The notes under the pieces are model-generated. The model saw nothing but the letters and a program-made list of their open reading frames with translations. It was not told the DNA's origin and ran no database searches. From the NCBI GenBank assembly GCA_049303835.1, contig JBAQNN010000003.1, positions 77,933 through 112,819 of the forward strand: 34,887 bases of DNA, in the 5' to 3' direction. Positions 16,143 through 24,509 of this stretch are shown here, piece after piece; position 1 is the first letter of the stretch; each line of letters begins with the position of its first letter. Source of the DNA: Minisyncoccia bacterium. Lineage in GTDB: Bacteria; Patescibacteriota; Minisyncoccia; Phycocordibacterales; UBA9973. A program made the translations under genes and the position numbers.

Positions 16143-17609
16143 ATGCCCAATGTCAAAGAAATATTTGACCTTATTGGAAAAGTAAAAAAGAAAGACGCAG
16201 AACTCATAAGTAACGCTTATGAGTTATCCATACGGGCACATGAAGGACAAAAGAGACTTTCCGGTGATCCGTATTTTACTCATGTTTTTGAAACAGCAAA
16301 AATTTTAGCTAAACTCGGCATGGATGCGAAAACTATAGCAGCCGGGTTGTTGCACGACACTCTGGAAGATACACCCGTAACAGAAGAAGAAATCAAGGAG
16401 AAATTCGGGGAAGATATCTTATTTTTAATTAAGGGAGTTACTAAACTGGGAGCACTAAAATACCGAGGACATGATAGACACGTAGAGTCTCTCCGTAAAT
16501 TTTTTATTGCTATGGCAAATGATTTACGGGTAGTTATCATAAAATTCGCCGACAGACTCCACAATTTGAGAACTTTAGAATATGCACCGGAAGAAAAAAG
16601 ACACAGGATAGCAGTGGAATCAATAGAAGTATATGCCCCACTCGCCAATCGTTTGGGAATGGGAAAACTAAAGGGAGACATAGAAGATGCCGCCTTCCCT
16701 TTTGCTTATCCAAAAGAATACACGCAGATAGAAGAAATAATTAAAGAAAAAAAGGGACTTTATGAGAAATATCTCACCGAAGTAAGCGAGAAATTGGAAA
16801 GCGAACTAAGAAAAAATAAAATCAAAGTAGTTGAAATAAATTACAGAATTAAACATAAATACAGCCTTTATAAAAAACTACTTCGGTATGATATGGACAT
16901 AGAGAAGATCTATGATGTGGTGGCACTGCGGGTCGTGGTTGATACGGTAGAAGAGTGTTATCGGGTTTTGGGGTTGGTTCATTCAATTTGGAACCCGCTT
17001 CCGGGTAGAATCAAGGACTATATTGCTCTACCAAAACCAAATGGTTACCGCTCTATCCATACTACTATCTTTACTGGTTTGGGTGGAATCGCCGAAATTC
17101 AAATAAGAACAAAAGAAATGCATGCCGAAGCGGCCTATGGTATCGCTGCTCATTTTGCCTACAAAGAACAAGGTGAAAAGAAAGTAAGAGATGATAAAGA
17201 TAAATTTAAATGGATTGAAGAGCTGAAAGAATTGAAATATGTGCCGGAGGATCCGAAAAATTTTATAAACCACCTCAAGATGGACTTCTTTAACGACCGT
17301 ATATTTATTTTTACCCCCCAAGGAGACGTCATAGACATGCCAGAAGATTCAACCCCGATTGATTTTGCCTATGCCATACACTCAGATATAGGAGATCACA
17401 CTTCTGGAGCTAAAATAAATGGCAAGATGTCCACTATTTTTTCAAAATTAAAAAATGGAGATATCGTTGAGATAGCAACAAAAAAAGATGCTCACCCATC
17501 CAGTAAATGGTTAGAAAATGCAAAGACTGCTGTCGCCAAAAAACACGTAAAATCTTACTTGGAAAAAAATAGTTTATTGGCGAGACTCAAATCCTTCGGC
17601 CGTAGCTAG
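16143..17609 (+). CDS. RelA/SpoT-family bifunctional (p)ppGpp synthetase/hydrolase (no ACT domain)
   Basis: HD hydrolase motif LLHDTLEDT, synthetase motifs YRIKHKYSLYKK, GYRSIHT and EIQIRT, and a TGS-like segment (IFIFTPQGDVIDMPEDSTPIDFAYAIH). Confidence 0.9.
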   Translation: MPNVKEIFDLIGKVKKKDAELISNAYELSIRAHEGQKRLSGDPYFTHVFETAKILAKLGMDAKTIAAGLLHDTLEDTPVTEEEIKEKFGEDILFLIKGVTKLGALKYRGHDRHVESLRKFFIAMANDLRVVIIKFADRLHNLRTLEYAPEEKRHRIAVESIEVYAPLANRLGMGKLKGDIEDAAFPFAYPKEYTQIEEIIKEKKGLYEKYLTEVSEKLESELRKNKIKVVEINYRIKHKYSLYKKLLRYDMDIEKIYDVVALRVVVDTVEECYRVLGLVHSIWNPLPGRIKDYIALPKPNGYRSIHTTIFTGLGGIAEIQIRTKEMHAEAAYGIAAHFAYKEQGEKKVRDDKDKFKWIEELKELKYVPEDPKNFINHLKMDFFNDRIFIFTPQGDVIDMPEDSTPIDFAYAIHSDIGDHTSGAKINGKMSTIFSKLKNGDIVEIATKKDAHPSSKWLENAKTAVAKKHVKSYLEKNSLLARLKSFGRS

Positions 17610-18619
17610 ACGCTAAAATGAGAAATATTATAAAGGTCAGCGTCGTCTTTTTCAGCTTCTTCTTTTGTCCGATCGTCAGCCGGAGCCTCTTCTCCTGCTT
17701 CTACCCCAACTTCACTGTCGGATTTTGAAATATCAGTATTGTTTTGAGCGATATAATTTTCAAGTAAATCAGCAGGCTTCTTTTCAATTTCTCCTTTATG
17801 AATCAAATCCAGTATCGTTCTCAAGTCTTCCGTGGAGAAAAAATCAATTTTAATTTGTCCACCCAATTCTTTTCTATCTATGTGAACCCGGGTGCCTAAT
17901 TTTTCTTGGAATTCTTCTTCCAATTCAGTAATTTCCGGGTCCGGCATGAATTCTTTCTTTCTCACCCGATCATAAGCTATCTTTCTGGCCAATCTTTCTG
18001 CCTCGCGTACTGTAATTTTTTTATAAACGATTTCTTTAAACAAAACCAATTGTTCTTCGGGGTGATCAGCCAACATCAAGATGGGCCTGGTATGCCCCTC
18101 GGTAATTTTACCTTCAGATAAACCATTTAAAATTTCCTCAGGAAGAGAAAGAATGCGCAAAGAATTTGAAACGTATTCCCTACTTCTTCCCATCTTTTTT
18201 GCGACTTCATTATGGGTAAATTTAAACTCACTGACCAGTCTGAAAAATGCTCGCGCCCTGTCTACCACATTCAAATCTTCACGTTGTAGATTTTCTATTA
18301 TGGCAAGCTCAAGTTTCATGATGGCCGTATCTCCCGTGCGGATGACAGCTGGAACTTGGGAAACTCTGGCTAGTTTGGCTGCTCGGAGCCTGCGCTCCCC
18401 GGCGATGAGCTCGTATTCGGTCATAATTCCCTCTCCACCCTCTTTTTCTACTTCTACTCTAGACACGATAAGAGGCTGAAGTACCCCATATTGTTTTATG
18501 GAATCAGCCAAGTCTTGCAATCTTGCCTCGTCAAAATCCCGCCTGGGTTGAAAAGGATTTGGTTTTATCTTGTCGGTGTCAATCCAAAAAATTGAATTTG
18601 AATATAAATTGTTAGCCAT
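17606..18619 (-). CDS. parB: ParB/Spo0J chromosome partitioning protein
   Basis: ParB-box motifs GVLQPLIV and LIAGERRLRAAKLA, a helix-turn-helix region, and an acidic C-terminal tail. Its stop overlaps the relA/spoT stop in a CTAG palindrome. Confidence 0.9.
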   Translation of the reverse strand: MANNLYSNSIFWIDTDKIKPNPFQPRRDFDEARLQDLADSIKQYGVLQPLIVSRVEVEKEGGEGIMTEYELIAGERRLRAAKLARVSQVPAVIRTGDTAIMKLELAIIENLQREDLNVVDRARAFFRLVSEFKFTHNEVAKKMGRSREYVSNSLRILSLPEEILNGLSEGKITEGHTRPILMLADHPEEQLVLFKEIVYKKITVREAERLARKIAYDRVRKKEFMPDPEITELEEEFQEKLGTRVHIDRKELGGQIKIDFFSTEDLRTILDLIHKGEIEKKPADLLENYIAQNNTDISKSDSEVGVEAGEEAPADDRTKEEAEKDDADLYNISHFSV

Positions 18620-18693
18620 AAATTGATATTAACATAATATTAAAAAATAAAAAATTAGTTTAATTAATTAACATGTTTATAATGAGTGTAAAA

Positions 18694-18722
18694 TTGATTT
18701 TAAGTTAAAAATGAAGTAATAT
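18694..18722 (+). promoter_or_regulatory. Sigma-70-type promoter for the tRNA-Leu/murA transcript
   Basis: TTGATT (18694-18699), 17 nt, TAATAT (18717-18722). The predicted start lies about 1-2 nt before the mature tRNA 5' end at 18731. Confidence 0.5.
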
Positions 18723-18730
18723 CCTATTAG

Positions 18731-18812
18731 GCCGGAGTGGCGGAATTGGTAGACGCGCACGACTCAAAATCGTGTCTCGCAAGGGGTGAGAGTTCGATTC
18801 TCTCCTCCGGCA
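18731..18812 (+). tRNA. tRNA-Leu (anticodon CAA), class II with a long variable arm
   Basis: Acceptor GCCGGAG/CTCCGGC, anticodon arm CACGA-CTCAAAA-TCGTG, T arm GAGAG-TTCGATT-CTCTC, discriminator A. No encoded CCA. Confidence 0.9.
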
Positions 18813-18813
18813 C

Positions 18814-20151
18814 ATGAACAAAACAAAAAAGAAAATAGAGCACAATATTTCTACTGATTTCTTGGTAAATGGCGGAAAGAGATTAAGCGGTAGCATTAAA
18901 ACAAATTTTTCTAAAAATGGCTCTGTGGGCCTTTTGTGTGCCTCTCTTTTAAATAAAGGAATCACCACCTTACACGGTATTGCTCGTATTGAAGAAGTAA
19001 ACAGGGTGATTGAAATACTTGAAAGCATCGGGGTCTCTGTAAAATGGCAAGATAAAAATACAGTTGTTATAAAACCACCAAAACATTTTAAACTGGAAAA
19101 GATAAATACTGAATCAGCCATCAAAACCAGATCCGTCGTGATGCTCATCGGCCCACTCATACACTACCTCTCTTCTTTCTCTTTACCCCATGCGCAAGGA
19201 TGCAACCTGGGGAAACGCACGATAGCAGCACATACTTATGCGCTCCAAGAACTAGGAGTAAAAATAAAAACCACCTCTCAAAATTATGAAATTTCTGCAA
19301 AAAAATTAAAACCTGCCGAAATTGTAATGTATGAATCCGGGGACACCGCTTGTGAAAATATTCTAACTGCGGCCTCTCTGATCCCTGGGGAAACTACAAT
19401 CTCTTTTGCCAGTGCAAATTATATGGTACAGGAAATTTGTTTCTTTCTTGAAACTTTGGGGGTAAAAATTGATGGTATTGGCACTTCCACTCTGGTTGTC
19501 CATGGAGTAAATGAGATAAATAATGATATTGAATATTGGAATAGCGAAGACCCGATTGAATCAATGATGTTTATCTCCGCTTGTATAGTGACAGATTCAA
19601 AACTAATTATCACTCATTGTCCAATTGATTTTCTTTCCCTAGAGTTGGAAAAATTAAAAAGAATGAATTTGAAGTATAAAATACTAAAAAGATATTATTC
19701 CCATAATGGAAGAACAAAGCTCGCTGATATTCAGATTTTGCAAAGCAAATTACTTGCTCTTCCTGATAAAATCCACTCCAATCCTTACCCTGGAATAAAT
19801 ATTGACAATCTTCCGTTTTTTGTTCCTATTGCCATTCGTGCCAAGGGTCAGACGATGATTCATGACTGGGTTTATGAAAACCGCGCTATATATTTTGCCG
19901 AATTAAATCGTTTGGGGGCGAACATTACTTTGGCTGATCCACACCGAGTTTATATCCAAGGCGGGACACCCTTAAAACCAGCTCAAGTGGTCTGTCCTCC
20001 GGCCTTACGTCCATCTATGATTATTCTTATTTCCATGCTGGCAGCTCCTGGCACGTCTATCCTGCGCAATGTGTATATGATCAATCGTGGATATGAAGAA
20101 ATCGCTGAACGTTTGAATTCTATCGGCGCGGATATAAAAATATTAAAATAA
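18814..20151 (+). CDS. murA: UDP-N-acetylglucosamine 1-carboxyvinyltransferase
   Basis: FLVNGGKRLSGSIKTNFSKNGSVGLL aligns with the MurA N-terminus, and the active-site Cys context AQGCNLGKRTIAAH is present. 445 aa. The ATG begins 2 nt after the tRNA-Leu end. Confidence 0.9.
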   Translation: MNKTKKKIEHNISTDFLVNGGKRLSGSIKTNFSKNGSVGLLCASLLNKGITTLHGIARIEEVNRVIEILESIGVSVKWQDKNTVVIKPPKHFKLEKINTESAIKTRSVVMLIGPLIHYLSSFSLPHAQGCNLGKRTIAAHTYALQELGVKIKTTSQNYEISAKKLKPAEIVMYESGDTACENILTAASLIPGETTISFASANYMVQEICFFLETLGVKIDGIGTSTLVVHGVNEINNDIEYWNSEDPIESMMFISACIVTDSKLIITHCPIDFLSLELEKLKRMNLKYKILKRYYSHNGRTKLADIQILQSKLLALPDKIHSNPYPGINIDNLPFFVPIAIRAKGQTMIHDWVYENRAIYFAELNRLGANITLADPHRVYIQGGTPLKPAQVVCPPALRPSMIILISMLAAPGTSILRNVYMINRGYEEIAERLNSIGADIKILK

Positions 20152-20166
20152 AGATAAAAAAGTAAT

Positions 20167-20206
20167 AATTTTGAAGGCGGAAGGTTCCGCCCGAAGGGTG
20201 GAGTAA
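20167..20206 (+). repeat. 40-nt GC-rich hairpin element, copy A (intergenic, murA-miaA)
   Basis: aattttgaaggcggaaggttccgcccgaagggtggagtaa. The stem TTCCGCCC/GGGTGGAG has a GAA loop. 33/40 positions are identical to copy B at 24623-24662. Confidence 0.7.
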
Positions 20207-20239
20207 TGCCAAGAATTTATTATCTTTTTTGTAAAATAC

Positions 20240-21079
20240 ATGAAAAAAGTTTTCGTCATATTGGGTCAAACAGCTACTGGTAAAAGTAATTTAGCTGTAC
20301 AAATAGCTAAAAAAAATAAAGGAGAAATTATCTCAGCGGACTCTAGGCAGATTTATAAAAGTCTGAACATAGGTACGGGCAAGATTACCCCAAAAGAAAC
20401 AAAGGGCGTTCCCCACTATTTAATTGACGTCGCAAATCCTAAACACAGATTTACTATTGCTGAGTATAAAAAACTAGCCGAAGATAAAATCAAAGAAATT
20501 TTAGCCAAAGGTAAAACCCCGATTATCTGCGGAGGGACGGGTTTTTATATTGATGCTATTACCAAAGGTATCATTTTCCCTGAAGTCCCACCAAATAATA
20601 AGCTCCGCAAGACTTTAGAAAAAAAATCTGAAACAGAACTTTTAAAAATTTTAGAAAAATTAGATAAAACTCGTGCAAAAAATATTGATATTAAAAATAA
20701 AGTTAGATTAATCAGAGCGATAGAAATAGCCAAGGCCCTAGGCAAAGTCCCTCAGATTACACAGGCAACGCCTGTGTATAAATTCATAAAAATTGGATTA
20801 TATCTTCCCCAAGACAAGCTAAAGAAAAAAGTGGAACAAAGAGTAAAGAAAATGTTTAAGGCAGGACTACTGAGTGAAATTAAAAAATTAAAAAAAACGG
20901 GTATTTCTGACAAAAGACTAAAGGAATTTGGTTTTGAATACTATAAACCAACACCCAATAAAGTGATTGCTGACACCCTAAAATACGCCAAACGCCAAAT
21001 GACTTGGTTCAAACGCGACAGAGAAATAAACTGGTTTGACGCTAGTAAGAATTATCGTGATATAATTAATAAACTATGA
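20240..21079 (+). CDS. miaA: tRNA dimethylallyltransferase
   Basis: P-loop GQTATGKS and the motif ISADSRQIYKSLNIGTGK; 279 aa. Confidence 0.92.
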   Translation: MKKVFVILGQTATGKSNLAVQIAKKNKGEIISADSRQIYKSLNIGTGKITPKETKGVPHYLIDVANPKHRFTIAEYKKLAEDKIKEILAKGKTPIICGGTGFYIDAITKGIIFPEVPPNNKLRKTLEKKSETELLKILEKLDKTRAKNIDIKNKVRLIRAIEIAKALGKVPQITQATPVYKFIKIGLYLPQDKLKKKVEQRVKKMFKAGLLSEIKKLKKTGISDKRLKEFGFEYYKPTPNKVIADTLKYAKRQMTWFKRDREINWFDASKNYRDIINKL

Positions 21080-21417
21080 AAACATTAATACACTTTATCG
21101 TTTCCGCTCTAGCTATATTAATAACGGCTTATGTTTTACCAGGAGTATATGTGGAAGGTTTATTTGCGGCACTCGTGCTGGCAGTCATCCTGGGGGTGAT
21201 AAACACCTTCATTCGTCCCGTGCTCGTGCTACTCACCTTGCCACTTTCAATAGTGACATTAGGACTATTTGTATTGGTGATCAACGCACTTCTCATCATG
21301 CTTGCAAGTTACATAGTACCCGGCTTTGCTGTGTCCGGATTCTGGTATGCTTTATTGTTCGGGATTGTACTTGCAATGGTGAGTTGGGTACTGCAAGTAT
21401 TTGAAAAAGAAAACTAA
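21076..21417 (+). CDS. Four-TM membrane protein of the 'phage holin 4_2' (YvlD-like) family
   Basis: ITAYVLPGVYVEG...VLGVINTFIRPVLVLLTLPLSIVTLGLF..VINAL matches my recollection of that family. ATGA overlap with the miaA stop. Confidence 0.7.
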   Translation: MKTLIHFIVSALAILITAYVLPGVYVEGLFAALVLAVILGVINTFIRPVLVLLTLPLSIVTLGLFVLVINALLIMLASYIVPGFAVSGFWYALLFGIVLAMVSWVLQVFEKEN

Positions 21418-21425
21418 ATTTTCTG

Positions 21426-21496
21426 CGGGCGATGAGGGAATCGGACCCCCGCCAAAGGTTTTGGAGACCTTCGTTCTACCACTAAACTAATCGCCC
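21426..21496 (-). tRNA. tRNA-Trp (anticodon CCA)
   Basis: On the minus strand: acceptor GGGCGAT/ATCGCCC, anticodon arm AAGGT-CTCCAAA-ACCTT, T arm GGGGG-TCCGATT-CCCTC (the T-loop TCC is unusual), discriminator G. Confidence 0.85.
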
Positions 21497-21511
21497 CGAA
21501 ACTAAAATTAA

Positions 21512-21538
21512 AGAACAAAAAACGACCCTAGGTCGTCT
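21512..21538 (-). terminator. Hairpin plus T-tract downstream of rpmG (terminator or processing site ahead of tRNA-Trp)
   Basis: The minus strand reads ACGACC-TAG-GGTCGT followed by TTTTTTGTTC. The stem is short (6 bp) and tRNA-Trp follows with no room for its own promoter. Confidence 0.4.
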
Positions 21539-21575
21539 TAAGTATAGCAGAAAAGCAAAGAAAATAAAGCGAAAT

Positions 21576-21734
21576 CTATTTTTTGACTTCCTTATGCTTG
21601 GTCTGCTTTCGGCACCATTTACAGTACTTTTTAAGCTCAATCTTTTTAGTGACGAGTTTTTTATTCTTGCTGGACCAGTAATTTATACGTTTGCAGGTCG
21701 CACACCCGAGTTTTATAAGTCTATCTTGTGACAT
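21576..21734 (-). CDS. rpmG: 50S ribosomal protein L33
   Basis: Not in the ORF track (52 aa). MSQDRLIKLGCATCKRINYWSSKNKKLVTKKIELKKYCKWCRKQTKHKEVKK carries the bL33 CxxC...CxxC pattern and the LELKKYC-like core. Confidence 0.9.
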   Translation of the reverse strand: MSQDRLIKLGCATCKRINYWSSKNKKLVTKKIELKKYCKWCRKQTKHKEVKK

Positions 21735-21787
21735 ATATACAGATTAATATAAAAAGCTTAAAAACGCAAGTAAATAAACCTTAAATC

Positions 21788-22756
21788 TTAAGAAACCGTC
21801 GTTTTTAACTTTTGCTCTCTTTCAAAACGTTCCATGGCAAGCTCTATCAGTCTATCTAAAAGCTTGGATACCGAGATACCGCTCGCCTCCCATAATTTCG
21901 GATACATGCTGATATCGGTAAAGCCTGGGATAGTATTTATCTCATTCACTAAGACCGCGCCATTCTTTTTAAGAAAAAAATCCACCCGGCTCACCCCTTC
22001 GCAATTAAGCGCTTGAAATGTTTTAATTGCCAGCTCCTGAATTTTCTTGGTTGTTTTTTTATCAATTTGCGCAGGAATGACTGACTTAGAGCCGGTGTCT
22101 CTGTACTTCGCGTCATAAGAATAAAAGTCTTGATTGGCGATAATTTCTCCCGGCACGGAAGCCATAGGCATATCGTTACCGAGAAGTGCACATTCTATTT
22201 CTCGTCCTTCTATAAATTCTTCAATAATAATTTTTGAGTCATATTTGAAGGCATCACCAGTTCCTTGTTTAAATTCTTTTTCGTTTCGCGCTTTATTTAT
22301 GCCGACAGATGAGCCCATGTTTGCAGGTTTGATGAACATCGGCAAACCTAGTTCTTTTTTTATTTTAATAAAATCTATATTGTCGCCTTGTTTAAGGGTG
22401 ACAAATTTCCCAATCGGAATTCCTGCATCTCGCAGAAGTCTTTTCATTACATCTTTATCCATCCCAACAGCTGAACCGAGCACACTAGGACCTACAAAAG
22501 GTACTCCCGCGAGCTTGAGTAGCCCCTGCATACTGCCATCCTCACCAAATGGCCCGTGCATTACCGGAAAAATCACCTCAAAATTTTTAATTTTACCAAA
22601 ATCAAATTTACCATCTTTATCTATTTTAATTTGAGTTATTTGATATTTTGTTTTATCTAATGCACTTATTATATTTTTGGCGGACTGCAAAGACACCTCG
22701 TGTTCCGCCGACTTTCCCCCAAACAACACCCCGATTTTCAACTTATCTTTTGACAT
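21788..22756 (-). CDS. ddl: D-alanine--D-alanine ligase
   Basis: LFGGKSAEHEVSL, HGPFGEDGSMQGLL and the ATP-grasp C-terminal motif VNEINTIPGFT. Confidence 0.93.
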   Translation of the reverse strand: MSKDKLKIGVLFGGKSAEHEVSLQSAKNIISALDKTKYQITQIKIDKDGKFDFGKIKNFEVIFPVMHGPFGEDGSMQGLLKLAGVPFVGPSVLGSAVGMDKDVMKRLLRDAGIPIGKFVTLKQGDNIDFIKIKKELGLPMFIKPANMGSSVGINKARNEKEFKQGTGDAFKYDSKIIIEEFIEGREIECALLGNDMPMASVPGEIIANQDFYSYDAKYRDTGSKSVIPAQIDKKTTKKIQELAIKTFQALNCEGVSRVDFFLKKNGAVLVNEINTIPGFTDISMYPKLWEASGISVSKLLDRLIELAMERFEREQKLKTTVS

Positions 22757-22758
22757 TT

Positions 22759-23892
22759 TTAAAACAACTTAATTACATCATGATAAGTAATGACAAGCAT
22801 CAGGAGAATGAGAACACTGAAACCAATCATATTAGCCATATTGGCAAATTTGGGGTTCAAGTGCGAACCTTTAATTTTTTCAATCAATAGGAAGAAAAGT
22901 CGTCCGCCATCTAGCGCCGGAAATGGGAGCAGGTTGATAATTGCCAAATTTATGGAGATAAGAGCGGCAAAGGACAAAAGGTAAACAAAACCGAACTCGT
23001 AGGCATCCCCTACAATACCTACCATACCGACTGGTCCAGTGACCCCAGCAAAGCTACCTTTACCCTGTATACCCTCTGAAATAAGCGTATAAAGCCCCAC
23101 AGCTGTACCTTTGGTCATAAGCCAGTTTAGGCGCATTCCCTCCCAAAGGGCTGTAAAAAAGGGCAATTTAGCTGTTCCTATCATATCCATAGATATACCC
23201 ATTGAAGGCTTTTCCCCGACAGTCTTTATTACTGGAGTTAGGCTCGTAAAACTTATTTCTTCATTTTTTCCTCTTAGGTAACCAAATTTAATTTCTTTGT
23301 CTGGATGAGAGACTACAAATGATTTCAGAGTTTCGGGATTGATATCCGATACTGCTTCTTTGCCATTTTCTATAGAAACTATCTTGTCGCCGACTTTCAA
23401 CCCTGCGTTTGCCGCCGGAGAATCTTCCAAAACAGAAACTACCACCAGATTCACATCAGAGAGTTCATATCCCATCTTTTCACTGCCGACAGAAGTCGGA
23501 AGTCCGGACATAAAACCAACAGAAAATAAAATCCAAGCCAAAAGAAAATTAGAAAAAACTCCGGCAAAAAGCACTAACGCTTGCTTCCATTTTTTTTGAT
23601 GAGCAAAGCTCCGAGATAAATCCGGAGTCGGAGCCTTGTCTTTATCTAGAAATCCAACCTCCACAAAATCCGCCTCTTCAAAATTTTCTCCAAAAATTTT
23701 GACAAACCCCCCCAATGGTAGAAGATTGAAGGTGTATTCAGTTTCTCCAAATTTTTTACCAAACAATTTTGGCGGAAAACCAAACCCAAATTCGTCTACC
23801 CTGATACCAAATCTTTTAGCGGTAAAAAAATGCCCAAATTCGTGAACCAAAACCAAAACTAAAAGTATAACTATGAAGATTATTATATTCAA
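22759..23892 (-). CDS. rseP: RIP metalloprotease RseP (M50 site-2 protease with PDZ)
   Basis: HEFGHF zinc motif near the N-terminus, a central PDZ-like region (SPAANAGLKVGDKIVSI) and the C-terminal NLLPFPALDGG motif. Confidence 0.9.
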   Translation of the reverse strand: MNIIIFIVILLVLVLVHEFGHFFTAKRFGIRVDEFGFGFPPKLFGKKFGETEYTFNLLPLGGFVKIFGENFEEADFVEVGFLDKDKAPTPDLSRSFAHQKKWKQALVLFAGVFSNFLLAWILFSVGFMSGLPTSVGSEKMGYELSDVNLVVVSVLEDSPAANAGLKVGDKIVSIENGKEAVSDINPETLKSFVVSHPDKEIKFGYLRGKNEEISFTSLTPVIKTVGEKPSMGISMDMIGTAKLPFFTALWEGMRLNWLMTKGTAVGLYTLISEGIQGKGSFAGVTGPVGMVGIVGDAYEFGFVYLLSFAALISINLAIINLLPFPALDGGRLFFLLIEKIKGSHLNPKFANMANMIGFSVLILLMLVITYHDVIKLF

Positions 23893-23927
23893 ATTTGTAA
23901 TTCGTAATTGTTAATTCGTAATTTATC

Positions 23928-24479
23928 CTACCCCATCACCTCTTTTTCTTTCTTTTCAAAAATTGCTTCCAAGTTGTTGTTTGTCTCGTTGATAATTTTC
24001 TGCAATTCTTCTTTAGCCCTGAATTTCTCATCTTCTGTCATCTTGGCTTCTTTTTCTTTCACCTCTATGTCGCTCGCCACTGCTTCACGTTCCCGACGAA
24101 CGGATATCCTACTTTCTTCCAATTTTTCTTTTAATACTTTAACTAAAGTCTGCCTCGTCTCAGTGGTAAGTTGAGGAAAAATCACCCTGATCCCTTGGTC
24201 GTCTGTCGCCACAGATAAACCCAAATTTGATCCGATGATGGATTTTTCTATCCCTTTTATCTGAGTTTTGTCCCAGGGAGCGATGCGTAAGGTTTTTGAG
24301 TCTTCAATGGATACAGAGGCGACATTCTTAAGCGGAACAAAAGAACCATATGATTCTACATTTATACCATCCAGAACCATCGGCGAAGCTCGTCCTATGT
24401 TCAACTGACTATATTCCTTACTTAAAAACTCCTCTATTCTTTTAATTTCTGATTTAAAACTTGAAAAATTGTATTGCAT
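23928..24479 (-). CDS. frr: Ribosome recycling factor
   Basis: 183 aa, with RTGRA-like NIGRASPMVLD, and IRVIFPQLTTETRQTLVK typical of RRF. Confidence 0.95.
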   Translation of the reverse strand: MQYNFSSFKSEIKRIEEFLSKEYSQLNIGRASPMVLDGINVESYGSFVPLKNVASVSIEDSKTLRIAPWDKTQIKGIEKSIIGSNLGLSVATDDQGIRVIFPQLTTETRQTLVKVLKEKLEESRISVRREREAVASDIEVKEKEAKMTEDEKFRAKEELQKIINETNNNLEAIFEKKEKEVMG

Positions 24480-24509
24480 ATTAATTAGTATAACACTCTA
24501 TAATAAAAA

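Noticed and set aside
14390-17321. Minus-strand ORFs inside topA and relA/spoT (14390..14695, 14443..14634, 14927..15340, 16280..16681, 17028..17321) and the plus-strand ORF 15769..16008
   Set aside because: They are antisense or alternative frames within strongly conserved genes.
18620-18730. AT-rich region next to parB as a parS site or replication origin
   Set aside because: I saw no TGTTNCACGTGAAACA-like parS palindrome and no cluster of TTATCCACA-like DnaA boxes. The region is explained by the parB and tRNA-Leu promoters.
18705-19160. 151-aa minus-strand ORF
   Set aside because: It runs antisense through tRNA-Leu and the conserved murA N-terminus, so it is a shadow ORF.
21076-21417. 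The 'phage holin' family protein as evidence of a prophage or lysis cassette
   Set aside because: There is no endolysin, spanin, integrase or other phage gene nearby, and the gene is translationally coupled to miaA. To my knowledge this family is widespread as a chromosomal membrane protein of unknown function.
22134-23845. Plus-strand ORFs antisense to ddl and rseP (22134..22634, 22648..22890, 22790..22984, 23339..23599, 23636..23845), plus the minus-strand alternative frame 21991..22191
   Set aside because: They are shadow frames with no start signals or recognisable domains.
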